64,000 bases of DNA, taken from Octopus bimaculoides (Eukaryota). Positions 1 through 13,270 of this stretch are shown one piece after another. Position 1 is the stretch's first letter. Each line of letters starts with the position of its first letter. The stretch lies in NCBI RefSeq assembly GCF_001194135.2, contig NC_068996.1:35780742-35844741 (forward strand), in the 5' to 3' direction. The notes beneath the pieces are model-generated. The model saw only the letters and a program-made list of their open reading frames with translations, did not search any database and had not been told where the DNA came from. The translations under genes were made by a program, and so were the position numbers.

Positions 1-1270
1 TTCCTCTCCTTGTAGTTATGTATCTTACCTTACAACCACATTCAATGTTTCTATCACCTTCACTCAGGAAACCCACTTAGAACAGTGCATTAGCTTTAAC
101 ATTAGAGTGAAATTTCAAATTCGTACTTCAATGCACTTTCACAAGTACTTTCAAGCTTTTAAGTGACTTTTGTATATATATATGTTTCTCTTTTATTGCA
201 TTATTAATATTATTATCGTTAATATTTTATTATTATTATTATTATTAGCAGTTGTAGTTGCTGTTTCAGATTTTGATATTTTGTCGGGTGTGCGTGTGTT
301 TTGTTGTTATTTATTTTATCTATTTTATTGTTTTGTTGTTTTAGCTGTTGTTGTTTTTATTATTATTGAATTACTGATTCAGTGTGAGTCATCATTGCTT
401 AGCAACCAAACCGATTCCACTGTAGATAGAATCTCATTACTGCAGAAGGGCGCGGTGGGGGAAAGTGGGGAAAATCTTGTAGTCAGCACCACCNNNNNNN
501 NNNNNNNNNNNNNNNNNNNNNNNNNNNNNNNNNNNNNNNNNNNNNNNNNNNNNNNNNNNNNNNNNNNNNNNNNNNNNNNNNNNNNNNNNNNNNNNNNNNN
601 NNNNNNNNNNNNNNNNNNNNNNNNNNNNNNNNNNNNNNNNNNNNNNNNNNNNNNNNNNNNNNNNNNNNNNNNNNNNNNNNNNNNNNNNNNNNNNNNNNNN
701 NNNNNNNNNNNNNNNNNNNNNNNNNNNNNNNNNNNNNNNNNNNNNNNNNNNNNNNNNNTTCACCTCCACCCTATTCCTCATTGATTCCATGGGTCTATTT
801 ATGTTCTTGCTCTCTTCACTCTTCTCTAATGACATACCGTTAATGCTGCTGAATACTGTTTTTTTTTTTTCAATAACAGTGCAACAACATATGAGGCAAT
901 TTTTCCCCCTGTAACAGGAGGGTGGTGGTGATGGGCATGGTGGGAGTGCTGTTTTTATTTAACATCTGCTACACCAGTATTTCCGTTATATATTTTAAAA
1001 TTATTTTTGTGGGTTTTTTTATTGCTTTTTTTTTCTTATGCTTCTGTCTTTGTTTTTGTGTTGCATTTGTGTTCCTACTTCTTGTGGTTGGGTTTGTATT
1101 TGTTGCTGTTGCTTAAACACCCCCAATACCCTTCCTTAATTCCAACCATGACTCTTCCATGTGTGCGTGTGTGTGTGTATTTGTATGTATGCATATGTAC
1201 ATATATATATTTAAGTATCTATATATATATGCGTGTGTATATAAATGTGTATGTGTATACATATAAATAC

Positions 1271-1331
<61 letters not shown>

Positions 1332-1799
1332 AGAGACAGCTGATGAAGGGATATTCCAAGGGGCTTTCCGTTTTCCTATGTGTTCGTTCTGTTGTCTGTA
1401 GTTTATTGTTCTAACGTCCTGTACCCTGATATGCATGTATATACACATGTAGATGTAAGTATGTACATATATGTGTGTATACATGTATATATATTCTTTG
1501 TATTATATATATATATATATATACATACATGCCTAGATTCATATATGTGTATAAAATATAAAGTGCATCTCGGACTACATTATTTAGTGTCTTCTTTTTC
1601 TTTTTTAAAAGATGGTAGGTGTGGTTGGAAGGAAAGAAATTTGATTGCTATTTCTAACTACTTGAGTAACCACCTAGAGGCTCCCTTGTTAGCTTATTGT
1701 CTGTGTTCTGGTTTTCAATATGAAAGGCGTCTAATTTGTTAATTGGATTAAACCTATGTCTTGGAAATTGTTTAGTTTTTTTGTTTTGTTTTTATTCTT

Positions 1800-2004
1800 T
1801 CTCTTTACTTGTTTCAGTCATTGGACTGCAGCCATGCAGTGGCACTGCCTATAAGAGTTCAGTCAAGCTGATCAATCCCAGTACTAAGTCTGATACTTAT
1901 TCTGTCACTAAACTGCTAAGTTATGGGGATTTAAACAAACCAACTCTGGTTGTTGGGCAATGGTGGAGACACAAAAACACATGCATGCATAATACTTATA
2001 TACG

Positions 2005-2056
<52 letters not shown>

Positions 2057-2490
2057 TAGGCTTCCTCACAGTTTCCATCAGAGCTTTGGAGTTGGAGTTG
2101 TGGAGTCGGAAACAATTAAGGGGTAGTTGGAGTCAGAGTTGGTAAGACTATACTGACTCTGACTCACAATATCTTTATTCTTTAATATAAACCAGTTATA
2201 ACCTATAGGCCTACTCCAAGTACAAGCGTATGCATATGCTTTATGAGATATGTAGACCACAATCACTTAATTACATAAAGAGGAGTCAGAGTCAGAGATG
2301 CCAATAGTAGAGGAGTTAGAGTCAAAGTTTTTTTGTTTCGACTCCACAGCCCTGGTTTCGTCTATCAAATTCACTCATAAAGCAATGGTTAGTTTGGTGC
2401 TATAGGAGAAGGCGCTTGCCTAGGGTGCCATGCAGTAGGACTGAACCTGAAATCACTTGGTTGCAAAGTGAACTTCTTAACCACACAGCT
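1800..2490 (-). mobile_element. tRNA-derived SINE family C (microsatellite-containing), representative copy
   Basis: Shares head (tggttaagaag..ggttcagtcc) and body (gccttgtgagtggatttggtagacggaaactgaaaga..gatagaataagtacc..gactgaaacaagtaaaaga) with copies at ~9960-10190, 13440-13930, 33040-33505, 35480-35730, 36140-36500, 46660-47010, 47455-47830, 54260-54690 and 59340-59790. Confidence 0.85.
2079..2354. mobile_element. hAT-like MITE inserted into a SINE
   Basis: Imperfect 16-bp TIR CAGAGCTTTGGAGTTG / CGACTCCACAGCCCTG. Internal GGAGTC/GAGTCA repeats. Flanks gtttccat / gtttcgtc are consistent with a decayed 8-bp TSD that splits the host SINE motif gtttccgtctaccaaa. Confidence 0.7.
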
Positions 2491-3714
2491 ATGTCATATG
2501 ATGAAGTGCCAAATTGTTTAAAATTTTTACTTCTGTAGTAAGTTTTGTATTGATACCAGTTTACTGCAGAAATGAAAGATGTTGTGACTTTGATGCTCTT
2601 ACAGTATACATTAGTAATATGAATCAAGCACTGAACAGGAAATCAAAAGCAAGGTCATTGATTTGATCCACTAAAAATTTATTGATACATTATAGATTAT
2701 ATTAATTAATTTCTGATTAATTAATTGATTACATTCTGTATAATTACATTTTGCATTCAATCTGATTTCAAAGCCTATTGTCTCTTACATTTCTCTCTCA
2801 ACTCACTGACATAATTCTGTACCTTGCTAAACCTGATCAATACACTCTTTTCCCAATTTCTCACATTGTGAGATTTTAAAATAGTAATTTTCTAATTTAT
2901 AGATCAGTGACTAGTTGTCACTTTGAAAACTATATATTTCAAACTGGAATTTGGCAGTGCTACCTCTAGCCGAACAATTATTCTGTGCTGATGAAGAGAA
3001 ATAACCCAGAAATCACAATACACAGATATTGTTTTGAACTGAGTGGGGGTGCTAGATTCCCTTGTTTGAAAATATAAGGACACAGATCGTGTCGTATAGC
3101 CAGTTGGAAACGGTGTCTCTTGGGACTAAATTACAGCAACATTTGTCCTAAAACAGGACTACCATGTTATGTTGGCAAACAATCTTTACTACAAAACTGA
3201 TCTATTTAAGGAAATTTCAGGGCTCCATTGCGATAGGTAGAAACTCCAAGCAATGTAAGTAGTTAACCATTTAATGGTTTTAGTAGATTTATACAGAAAA
3301 AGTAAGCATTATAGTGTCCAGCATAAATAAAGTCAACTTTATTATATTTTTTCTGTAAAAACCGACATTGAATGAGTTAACTTCCTGTACATCATTTTTT
3401 GACAAAAAAGATTTCTAAAAAAATTCTGGAAATGATCTACTCGTGTAATTTACACCCCCCCCCTAAAGTTTATTCTTGTTTTTGTGAAAAAATGTGCGTA
3501 AATTACATGGGTTTTTACGGTATATCTCTCTCAATACTTGACTGGTACCTATTGTAGCAATTCTGAAGGGATGAAAGGCAAAGTGACCTCGTCAGACTTT
3601 AAAACTAGACTAATGAAACACTGCTAAGCATTTTGTTTAGTGTGCTAATGGTTCTGCCCTCATCCTCCTCCTACTACTACCACCACCACCGTTAATAACA
3701 ATAACAGACCTTAA

Positions 3715-4140
3715 CCAGTTGAGCATGTCTCTTAGTGGCTGATGATGTGTGCATCTCTGATCATGAGCAGAAGTAGTGGAGGAGCATCATAGCCATGTGT
3801 TGAGAGGATTTCTTTGGGGTTTGATTAATTCACCTTTGCAGACATGGGTATTTCGTTCAACATCCTTAAACAATCCTTCTTCAGTGATCTTTTGAGTGGG
3901 ATGGGCTACTCGATCTGAAGAAAATTCTAACATGGCCCCACTTGTAAGGTCATGTTTTGTTTCTCTTGATACGAGATCACCATGTCACGCACATATGGTT
4001 GTGATGCATGTGCTTGGTGTATCCTTATCAGATGGGTAGTCATGATGGGTAGTCATGATGGGTAGTCATGATGTTTGTATATTTTACCCCAGTATCACTT
4101 TGATGGCATGCACTGCTTTCTCACTCAATAATAATAATAA
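3715..4140. repeat. Unclassified interspersed repeat with internal (GATGGGTAGTCAT)x3, ending in (TAA)n
   Basis: Segment gagcatgtctcttagtggctg..catagccatgtgttgagagg recurs inverted at ~48295-48420. Confidence 0.55.
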
Positions 4141-5484
4141 CTAATGGTTTCTAATTTTGGCACAAGGCCATTAATACCGGTAATCAATTTGTACTTATTT
4201 TATCCACCCTGAAAGGATGACTTCTGTGAAATTTGAACTTAGAACTTAAAGACAAGGAAATGCCACTAAGCATTTCAACCAGTGTGCGACCAATTCTACT
4301 AGCTTACTGCCTTAATAATAATAATAATAATAGGTTGTGTCAGGTTGAGTTACATTAGCCACTCTTTATAAAAATAAAATCTCAATCATCCATTTCATAA
4401 TTTCATGATTTTTAATTGATTTTTTAATTATGAATGTAGATTTTCAGGTCATGAAATCTCCATATATTAACCAAGCAGGATTTAAAATGCTTTACTAAGG
4501 AGATTAAACTGACATCTCTCAAGTTTCTTGGAGAAAGATTACATTGAAATAATCTAAAGCTTTGATCAAATAATGTCTGGTAGGGCATTCACTTGAGAGA
4601 GGATTCCTGATGCAATATCTCAGCTATGTTGAACTCCACCCAAACAAATTTGAAATTTTTTTACTGTTTATTTTTCAGAAAGGTATTAAGACTCAAATAA
4701 TGTTTTGGCTGATAATTATTTTTCAAGCTGTCGGAATGTAATCAAAAGAAATTAAGAAAAATCTTGATAATTCAGTAGAAATGCGGCTTGACTTTGAAAT
4801 AAAGGTACACTAGAAGTTAAATTTTTAAATGATTGAAAACAAGATGATCAGCTAAAATCTTGCTACGCCTTCTGTTTCATCTCTAATATTATAATCCTTT
4901 CAAGACTTCAGGAATGGAAACATTTCATAAAATGCTACAGTGGCTTTAAATCAGAGAGGCTGGGCAGTAGCATTGTGAAAACTGATGTTGAATTAATATT
5001 CAGTATTAACCCTTTAGCATTTAAACTGGCCACATCTGGTTTGAATATTCTATCTGTTTTAAGTTTAAACCAGCTAGATCTGGCCTCTCACACCTACCCT
5101 ACAGTGTCATCGTAAAAATACACAATCATATGATTCAATATCTCAAAGCTCTGAGATAATGTATGATAAATTCAAAACTATGTGAATAAATAAACATTAC
5201 ATTTGACAGAATAATCTAAATTTAAAAAAGGGTTAATTAACCCTTTTGATGCTAAATAACACCAGATCAGCTCTATTCCTTTGAAACAAAATGATCTTAT
5301 ATAATATTTTATCTAAAAGAAATTTTGTTATGTTTCAAACATCAAATCAATATACCAGCGTATCCTTGAATCAATGATTTCCTGACATTATGGCAGCCAA
5401 ATCTCCCTCAAATCATACCCTGCCATGATCTAGGATAATGTTGTTCCTGTTTACACAATGCCTTTATGAAGTGGTGATCACAGC

Positions 5485-5714
5485 TTAACCCTTTAGCATT
5501 TAAACCAGCTATATCTAGCCAAAATATTCTATTTGTTTTATGTTCAAACTGACCAGATCCAGCCTCTCACACCTACCCCACTGTCATTCTATATATAACT
5601 AAACTATCACATCATTGAAATCTCAAAGCTACAAGATAAGTCATGATTGATTCAAAACAATGTGGATAAATAAGCATTACATTTGACAAAATGATTTGAA
5701 TGCTAAAGGGTTAA
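5485..5714. mobile_element. piggyBac-type MITE family A (~230 bp), best copy
   Basis: TTAA-CCCTTTAGCATT...AATGCTAAAGGG-TTAA, i.e. TTAA flanks and CCC/GGG ends. Other copies at 5006-5236, 7277-7836 (with insert), 8454-8681, 18440-18866 (two), 19870-20075, 30506-30700, 32152-32372, 37190-37545, 44710-44985 and 49588-49818. Confidence 0.85.
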
Positions 5715-8700
5715 AACACTTCTGTTCATAGATCTTGCTGGATGAAAGCTAACCTTGGGCTAAACAGCAACCAGTAAATGACAGTCAGTTATTTTACTAT
5801 ATCTTCACAAATTCTTGATTATTTTCAAAATTAATTGAAACATATGAACTGTGTATTTCAGTAGGAAATTAATCAGTAAAGAATTAAAGAATAGTGTGGT
5901 TGGTATTAGATGCAAATTAACAGAAATCAAAGAATAATTAGAGCATTTAGCTATATCAGTTGTTTTAAACAATGTTAATTGATGTGGTTCGTATTGTGTT
6001 GAAATGACAATGATTGAGACATTTAAATATATTAACTGTGTTAGTCTCCTAAAATAATGTGATTTTCAAGTACTGCTGTTAGCCTAAATAAAGTTTTGCA
6101 CAAGAAGGTTGTAGCAATATGTTGGTGAGTGTAGGAGGAACATGTTCTGTCCTCTATCTGTGTTGACTGAAGTTGGGTTATTTGTCCAATGCTTACATCT
6201 TCTCCAAAGTGATGTCTGCCTGTTGGCTGGATCATTTTTCGAATAATCAGAATGATAGTACCTTATTTGGAATCAAGTGAATGTTAGTAACAGGAAGAAC
6301 ACCCAGCTGTTGAAAAACTGCCTCAATAAGTCTAACCCATGCTAGCATGGAAAAAGTGTATGTTAAAATGATGTTGGATCTTTGATGTGAAGAAGTTTAG
6401 AAATAGCAATCAAGACAATAATATGAATTTATTTAGGTTTCATTGGCAGAATTTTAACTGACATTCTGTGACCAATAGTGAATGTATAAAGTTTGGCAGG
6501 GCAAACTTTATCATTCCTTCAGTGTGTTGAATGTAGTAAGCTGTGTACCGTCTGATCAACTGAACTCTCTTCATGTCATTCTTACAGTGTCAGACCCACA
6601 AAACTTCAGTTTAAATACTTCAACCACTATTTTTTGTCCTGAACTATTACCCATGGCTGTTTTCCATGCAGACGTCAGTCTGCTGAACTCTGCTAATCAC
6701 ATGTTAGTCAGTGAAGAATATGGACTCTGATTGCTAATCAACAAAGGGAAAACTGGTGCTATTTACTGTTCATGGTTTACTGGTTAGCAATAGGAGCTGC
6801 TAAAACATTTGCCTTTGACAATGTATCACTATCCAAATTTGCAAAAGCTATTCTAATTATGCAACCATGGAGAATTAACTACGAAAGGTTTTTTTTTTAT
6901 TGTTTGTCTTGAAAATTTTATGTATATTTGAAATACAAAAAACACACCTATTGATTTTTATTTTGAATACTTGTGAGTTATTTACAAGATATTTAGATAA
7001 ACATGATGATAAATTTGCAAGTATTATCAGTGCTTAATCACATATAAATAAAATAAAATTTTATTCCTGAGAACATTAAGTGTGTGTTTGGGAAGAATCC
7101 ATCTACTATGCCATTATACTACAAATTGGGTCTAACAGATATAAATCAACATTCTCTCATTTTTTTTTAATGTATAACTTCTAAAAATGTTGCTAATAAA
7201 GCTGTGGTTCAATAAGAATGAACTATGTTATGAAGAATATTTCTAATACCATGAAATGCCAGGCATTTTAGGAAATTTTACCCTTTAGTATTTAAACTGG
7301 CCATATCTGGCCCAAATATTCTACCTGTTTTATGTTAAAACTGGCCAGATGTGGCCTCTCACTCCAACCCTACAATATCATTCTAAACCCTACAATATCA
7401 TTCTAAATATCATACAATATCATTCTAAATATCATACAATATCATTCTAAAGCTATGAGATAATAATACATTATGTCACCAATAATGTTATGATGACATT
7501 GGGGTGTACACAAAGGTGTATGAATAGTATTACCCAAATAAATATTTGGATATGATTATCTAGAATAACCTTTCACAGAATTAATATGTTCACACAGAAT
7601 GTACCCTGTGCTATGCCAAATGTAGGTCCGATATTAAACTAACTCAGTAATCCAATGTGAATGATCAATGCTGTCAACTGCTCACTGTCAACCTGACAGT
7701 TCTTTATTTTATTGAAATGCATCAGTCCACTTTTGGGGGTGGTCAGGATCCTTCCACAACATACAACATTAATTAAAAACAATGTGAATAAATGGATATT
7801 ACATTTGACAGAGTAATCTGAATGCTTAAGGGTTAAATGATATTATAAAGTAAAATGACCAAGAGAGAGAGTAATATAGTTGTGAGGATAGATGTGTGAA
7901 GTGTTGACAGAACAGTAACATTCAGGCATACAAGTTATGTTGTGTTAGAAATGTTTTTGTGCAGATTCTCATTGAAGGATATTTGACATAATTGCAGACC
8001 AGCACTGACTTTTGTCCATTCCTGCTGGAATCTTCACTCTCTCTAGAAGTTAAATGTCAGTTTGTTTCAATATATTGACTGTTACAAGAATTAGAACTAG
8101 ACTAGAAAGAAGAAATTACTGAGGTCTAAAACTAAAGAACTGTGCCATAAAAACAGTTTATACTTTCATGGTGATGTCAGAACAAGATGATGTTTAGATG
8201 CTTAAGATATAGTTTGGTTTTGTATTGGGAGGTGGAACTACAGATGTACTATTTCTACTAAAGGTTTATTTTGATGACAATAAGCTTTACCTTTGTGGTA
8301 GGAACTGAATTATACAATCAAGAGACCAAGTCGCTATTGTCTCAGTCTTTGGGTTTGGATTGAGATATGAAACCAAAAATATTGTATTTCAAGTGAGATA
8401 ATTACATAAGCCTTTAATTAATAACAACAAATTTAATGATTATAAATTTTTGATTCACCCTTTAGCATTCAGATTATTCTGTTAAATGCAATGCTTGTTT
8501 ATTCACATTGTTTTGAATTAATCATGAATTATCTTGTAGCTTAAAGATTCTGATAACATGGCAGTTTAATTTAGAATGACATTGTAGGGTAGGTGTGAGG
8601 GGCCAGATTTGGCCAGTTTGAACACAAAGCAGGTAGAATATTTTGGCTGGATATGATGGCCAATAACTGCTAAAGGGTTAACAGCAAAAACCACATTATT

Positions 8701-9559
8701 TTGCATTCATTATGCTGAAGAAGGTTTTTCTGTAGGATCTATGCTCTATAGTCTCGTAGGACTTGAGGAGTTATGAGTATGTAAATGGTTTGTGAGAGCA
8801 GTTCAAGCTATGCATAACCATATTGTAATCAATCTTAGGTTTAGAATCTAATTCAGTGAAAAATTAAATATACAGGTAGGTGTTCTCCTGGGCTCTTTTT
8901 TCCTGCCTCTGTCTATTTGTTATAATTATTAAGGCCTAACACAGGAATTCATGTTATAAAGCAGTGACCTGTTTTTCAATGCTGAATTTGTTGGAAACCA
9001 CAAAAAAATGTTGCTAGTCTGGAGCAGGTACCAACATCAAAAGGCCTAATGGGTAACACAACAAACTAATAGTAACAAAGTGTACAAAATGCCATAGCAT
9101 ATCTAGGGCTACATTATCCAATATGGCCTTTTCTTTTATAGGTATTAGCTTGGTTGAGAAAAATTTGGCTGCTGTTTCTAGCAGGACAAATAACTTTGTC
9201 AAAGATCCCTTATTGGTTTGTATAAGCAAGGAGTAGATAAGGTGTGTAGAATAAAGTGTGGACCAACAGAGTCAAGGTTTCATTTGAGATGGAAATATGG
9301 TTGTAATTTGCAGCAAATGATGTCATTAATGGAATAAAGCTTGCCATGAATTAGGACTGGAGGTGACTATATCCAAAATGTAGCAGCAAGATATAGCAAA
9401 ATATAACAAGAGAAACAGTGAAAGATTTTTCAGGTGCTTTTACTTCTGTTGACATTTCATTCTTAATGAATGATTTCTCACTCTGTTAGACTGTTTGAAG
9501 GATATATATTAGGAGTGGAAACTGGGCAGTAGTGGGAGATGAGCTTCAATTAGAAGATA

Positions 9560-9950
9560 CAAAAGAGAGAGAGAGAGATATGTTAAATATGTACAGCGTT
9601 CATTTAGACTGAAGGATAGATACTTGTGTATGAACTGTGATGTTGCATGGTTCTGAGACAGGTGCTAAATGCTGAGAATGTAAGAAAAGCTAGAGAAACA
9701 TGAAGAGAGTATTGCACTTGATGTGCAATGTGAATGTACATGAAAGAAAGCAGAGATGAAAACCTGCTATATGAGAAATCAGACATTGTGTTTTGTAGAT
9801 GAGACTGCATTAGTTCCAGGCCTTGTGATGTGTATGGAGAATAGCAGTTGGGTATAGAATTGCCTAATGGTTCAAGTAGAAGGAACTAGTAGAAGAGGCA
9901 GAATTGGTGAAAGGTGACCTCAGGGCCTTAACAAGTGGCAGGTTATTACT
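9560..9950 (+). mobile_element. Degenerate RTE-clade LINE fragment (C-terminal RT region)
   Basis: Frameshifted DTCV.TVMLHGSET...LERHEESI..LMCNVNVHER, matching the RTE YGSETW...RLER..MLRWMC pattern. Confidence 0.6.
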
Positions 9951-10007
9951 TTTGGAGAAGATCTATTCAACCGATGCAAGCATAGGAAAATGGATATATA
10001 AATGAGG

Positions 10008-10064
<57 letters not shown>

Positions 10065-10611
10065 TAAGCTTTGACATAGTTTCCACCTACCAAATTCACT
10101 CACGAGGCATTCATCAACCAAGGCTAAAACAAAAGGCACTTGCTCAAGGTACCATGCAGTGGAACTGAATGCCAAACCATATAGTTATATTGTTACTAAA
10201 AACTCTCGTTGAACTTTTTTTACCCAAAGCAGTGGAGTGCCAGAAACAATAGTGTACTTTGTAATATACACAGTTATAATCCTGTGTGTTATGAGTTCAG
10301 ATTCCACAAGTGCTGATCAATTAAGAACTGATCTGTAACTGGGGTGATCACAATAACATACCACTTATTAAGGAAGTCCTCAGTGGGTTGTTTGTTGACC
10401 TGTTAGAACAAAGAAAGAAATGGTTTTCTTTTGACAGTTGTTATAACATTGCTAATGTGATATCATTTCTGGTTATGTAGGGTGGGCATGGTAGGAAGAA
10501 CACTTTTTCAGATATTCACTATGTTACTACAAAAGTTTGATTTGTGATAATGAGCGATTTTTTTTCTTTTTTGTTCTAATATTTATATTGTTAATATTTT
10601 ATCTGTTGCAG

Positions 10612-10695
10612 GCCGTAAGGAGTTAGCAATAGAATTCTACAGGAAAGGTATCACTGAACTTGAAAAAGGTATTTCGGTTGATGTTAACGGCCAAG
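10612..10695 (+). CDS. SPAST: Spastin exon (MIT domain; equivalent to human exon 2), 84 nt, phase 1-1
   Basis: Acceptor tgttgcag, donor CAAG|gtaaat. Translates (G)[27 protein letters not shown](G), matching the human spastin MIT segment [29 protein letters not shown]. Confidence 0.95.
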
Positions 10696-11093
10696 GTAAA
10701 TAAAAATACATTTTTCAGTTTTAATTAGTCATTGTTTCACTTTAAGACTGGTGTGAAATCACTTTGTTCTAGTTATCAGCATTTACTATTTTCCACATTC
10801 ACACACACACACACACACAATCTCAAGCACACGCCCACCTGCATACATACACGTATATACTTTTGATTCTTTTTCTGGTTTCAATCTTTGCACTTGCTAT
10901 GCTTGGGCATTGCCTTAATGGGTCTGCAATCAGCTATATTGAGCTCCTTGTTTATATGCATTGACCATTGTAAAAGAAAAGTGAAAGTAAATTGTCCTAA
11001 AAAAAAGTAAATTGTGATACAAATTGGAATTGTATAATTGTATAATTTTTTTGTAAACAATGTATGTGACATAACCAATATAAAGAACATATA

Positions 11094-12399
11094 TAGGTAG
11101 TATCAAAAAGTTCCTGGACTAGCTATGCTTAATAAAAAGTAACTTATTTAACTAAGTTTTAACATCATCTTCTTCGAAATAGTCATCTTGCACAGTAATA
11201 CATCTGTCCTGCCACTTTTGGAACCTGGCCTGGTAGTTGTTTTCTGCAAGCGAGTAGAGGAGCTTCTGCGATTCGCTCTGGATATTGACAACTGTGTTAA
11301 AATGGCGACCTGTGAACTGCATTTTCATCTTGGGGAAAAGATGGAAGTTGACAGATGCCAAATCTGGCAAATTGAATGGGTACAGAAGCGGTGCCCAGTT
11401 GTTTTTGATGAGAACCTCACAAGTGAAGAGAAAATAGTGAAAGGGTGCATTGTTGTCATGAAGAATCCAGTTCTTTGAGCTCCAGAGATCCAGTCTTTTT
11501 CGCTGAATGTCCTCCCTCAAATACTTCAAAACGTTGTAGTAGAACCCTCATTGACAGTCTGGCCCCAGAGTACAAATTCTCAATGCATAATACCACAAAT
11601 GTTGAAAAAAAACAAAAACAATGAACATTCTCTTGATTGAGCTGCAGCTCTATTGTGCCTCCTTCAGTTGTGGAAATAAAGGGCTCTTCCATTGTGATGA
11701 CTGCTGCTTCATCTCAGGGTCATACCCATAGACCCAACTCTCATCACTGGTGTTGATCCTCAATTATGAAGGTCAGATCAACAGTAGCATGCTTACAGAG
11801 ATCTTGACAGACTTTGACATGATGTTCTTTCTGTTCAGCAATCAGCAGGTGGGGGACAAACTTGGCAGAGACATGCTGCATGTTCAATTCAGATGTTAGA
11901 ATTGCCTGCACAGGCCCATAAGACAAACCAACGCTATCAGCAATATCGTCCTCTGATGATCTTCATGCACAAGCTGATGAATTTTCTCATTTCCAGGAGA
12001 TGACACTTGTGGCAGCAGGTCTTCCAGATCACTTATTGTCTTCTAGGGACATTCTTCTGCTCTTGAAGTGCTTATGCCACTTGAAACATTATGTACAGCC
12101 CATTGCCTTGTTGCTATAAGCTTTCTGAAAGCATGTTCAATGTCAGTGTAGCAGACTTCCCAAGTTTAATGCAAAATTTCATGTTGGCTGATTGTTCCTG
12201 TGTATGATGAAATTTCTGGCTACAGCATTCATGTGATCACAAAAACACAAATTTCACAACTTGCAAAGTAAACACAGTGATGTCACTTGGCACACTGCTT
12301 CATGAAGGTTACTGCTAGCTCTCACTGCACATGCGCTTGTGTGCTGCCATCTGTTGGTGCACTACAGAACTAGTCCGGGAATTTTTTTGTACCACCTCA
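11094..12399 (-). mobile_element. Mariner (DD34D-type) transposon, near full length (~1.3 kb), transposase disrupted
   Basis: TIRs (ta)taggtagtatcaaaaagttcctggactag / ctagtccgggaatttttttgtaccacctca(ta). Minus-strand motifs AKFVPHLL..EQK, SDESWVYGYDPEMKQQSSQWK, HDNNAPFH, LPDLASVNFHLFPKMK and FQKWQDRCITVQDDYFE are split by frameshifts. Confidence 0.92.
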
Positions 12400-12949
12400 T
12401 ACATATAAAATATATGTATAGTTTTCATGTAAGATGAAAACAATCATATTTACAGGAAAACATAGTCTTTAATGCATGTAATGAAATTTGTGAATACTTT
12501 ATCATGATCTCAAAATTTGTTTCTCTACATCTGCTCATGAAAGTATAATGTAAATAAAAATCATCACAAGTTCCAAATTGTAGCATAAATTTCCTCTTGG
12601 CAAGCATCCACCGCTCTTCTACAGTTTGCGTATGGATGCTGTCATCATTTGGATCAATAAAATTGAGTGGAAGATTAACAGGAAGCTAGCAATATCTAGT
12701 GTCTTATAATCTTCTTTTCATGCTAGCAATATCCAATAACTTATAATGTTATTTTCATGAAATTTTGATATGTCACTTTTTGTTTCTTTTCAAATTTACT
12801 GTCATTCTTTTTTATGATGGTGAACTGCGTGTAAACTAACCCCTTTCCCTCTTAGTACTTATCTTATTGATCTTGTAAAGGACGAAGATCACTGTGTCAT
12901 AAAGAGACATAAATCAGGTGGAGCCATATGGAATTTTTTGTTTGATCAT

Positions 12950-13270
12950 GCACACATGCAAAGACAGATAGACAGACAGACAGAAAGAGACAGATAGACA
13001 GAGACAGGCAGGCAGGGACAGACAGACAGAGGCGAACGGACAGAGGCGAACGGACAGAGACAGACAGAGACAAACAAACAGAGAGAGAGAGAGAGACAGA
13101 CAGACAGCGACAGACAGACAGACAGAGGCAAACAACCAGACAGGCAGAGACAGACAGACAGCAACAGACAGACAGAGATAGACAGATAAAGACAGACAGA
13201 CAGTGACAGACGGACGGAGACAGGCAGGGAGAAAAACAGGAAGAGAGATAGGGAGACAGAGAGAGAGAAA
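12950..13270. repeat. Degenerate (AGAC)n/(AG)n satellite tract
   Basis: Continuous imperfect agac/agag/ggac units. Confidence 0.9.

Noticed and set aside
170-1116. ORFs around the first gap (170-784 +, 437-835 -, 922-1116 +, 1007-1333 +) as SPAST exon 1 or another gene
   Set aside because: No spastin N-terminal or HKQAFEYI-type motif. The hydrophobic stretches come from low-complexity T-rich DNA, and the frames are broken by 265 N.
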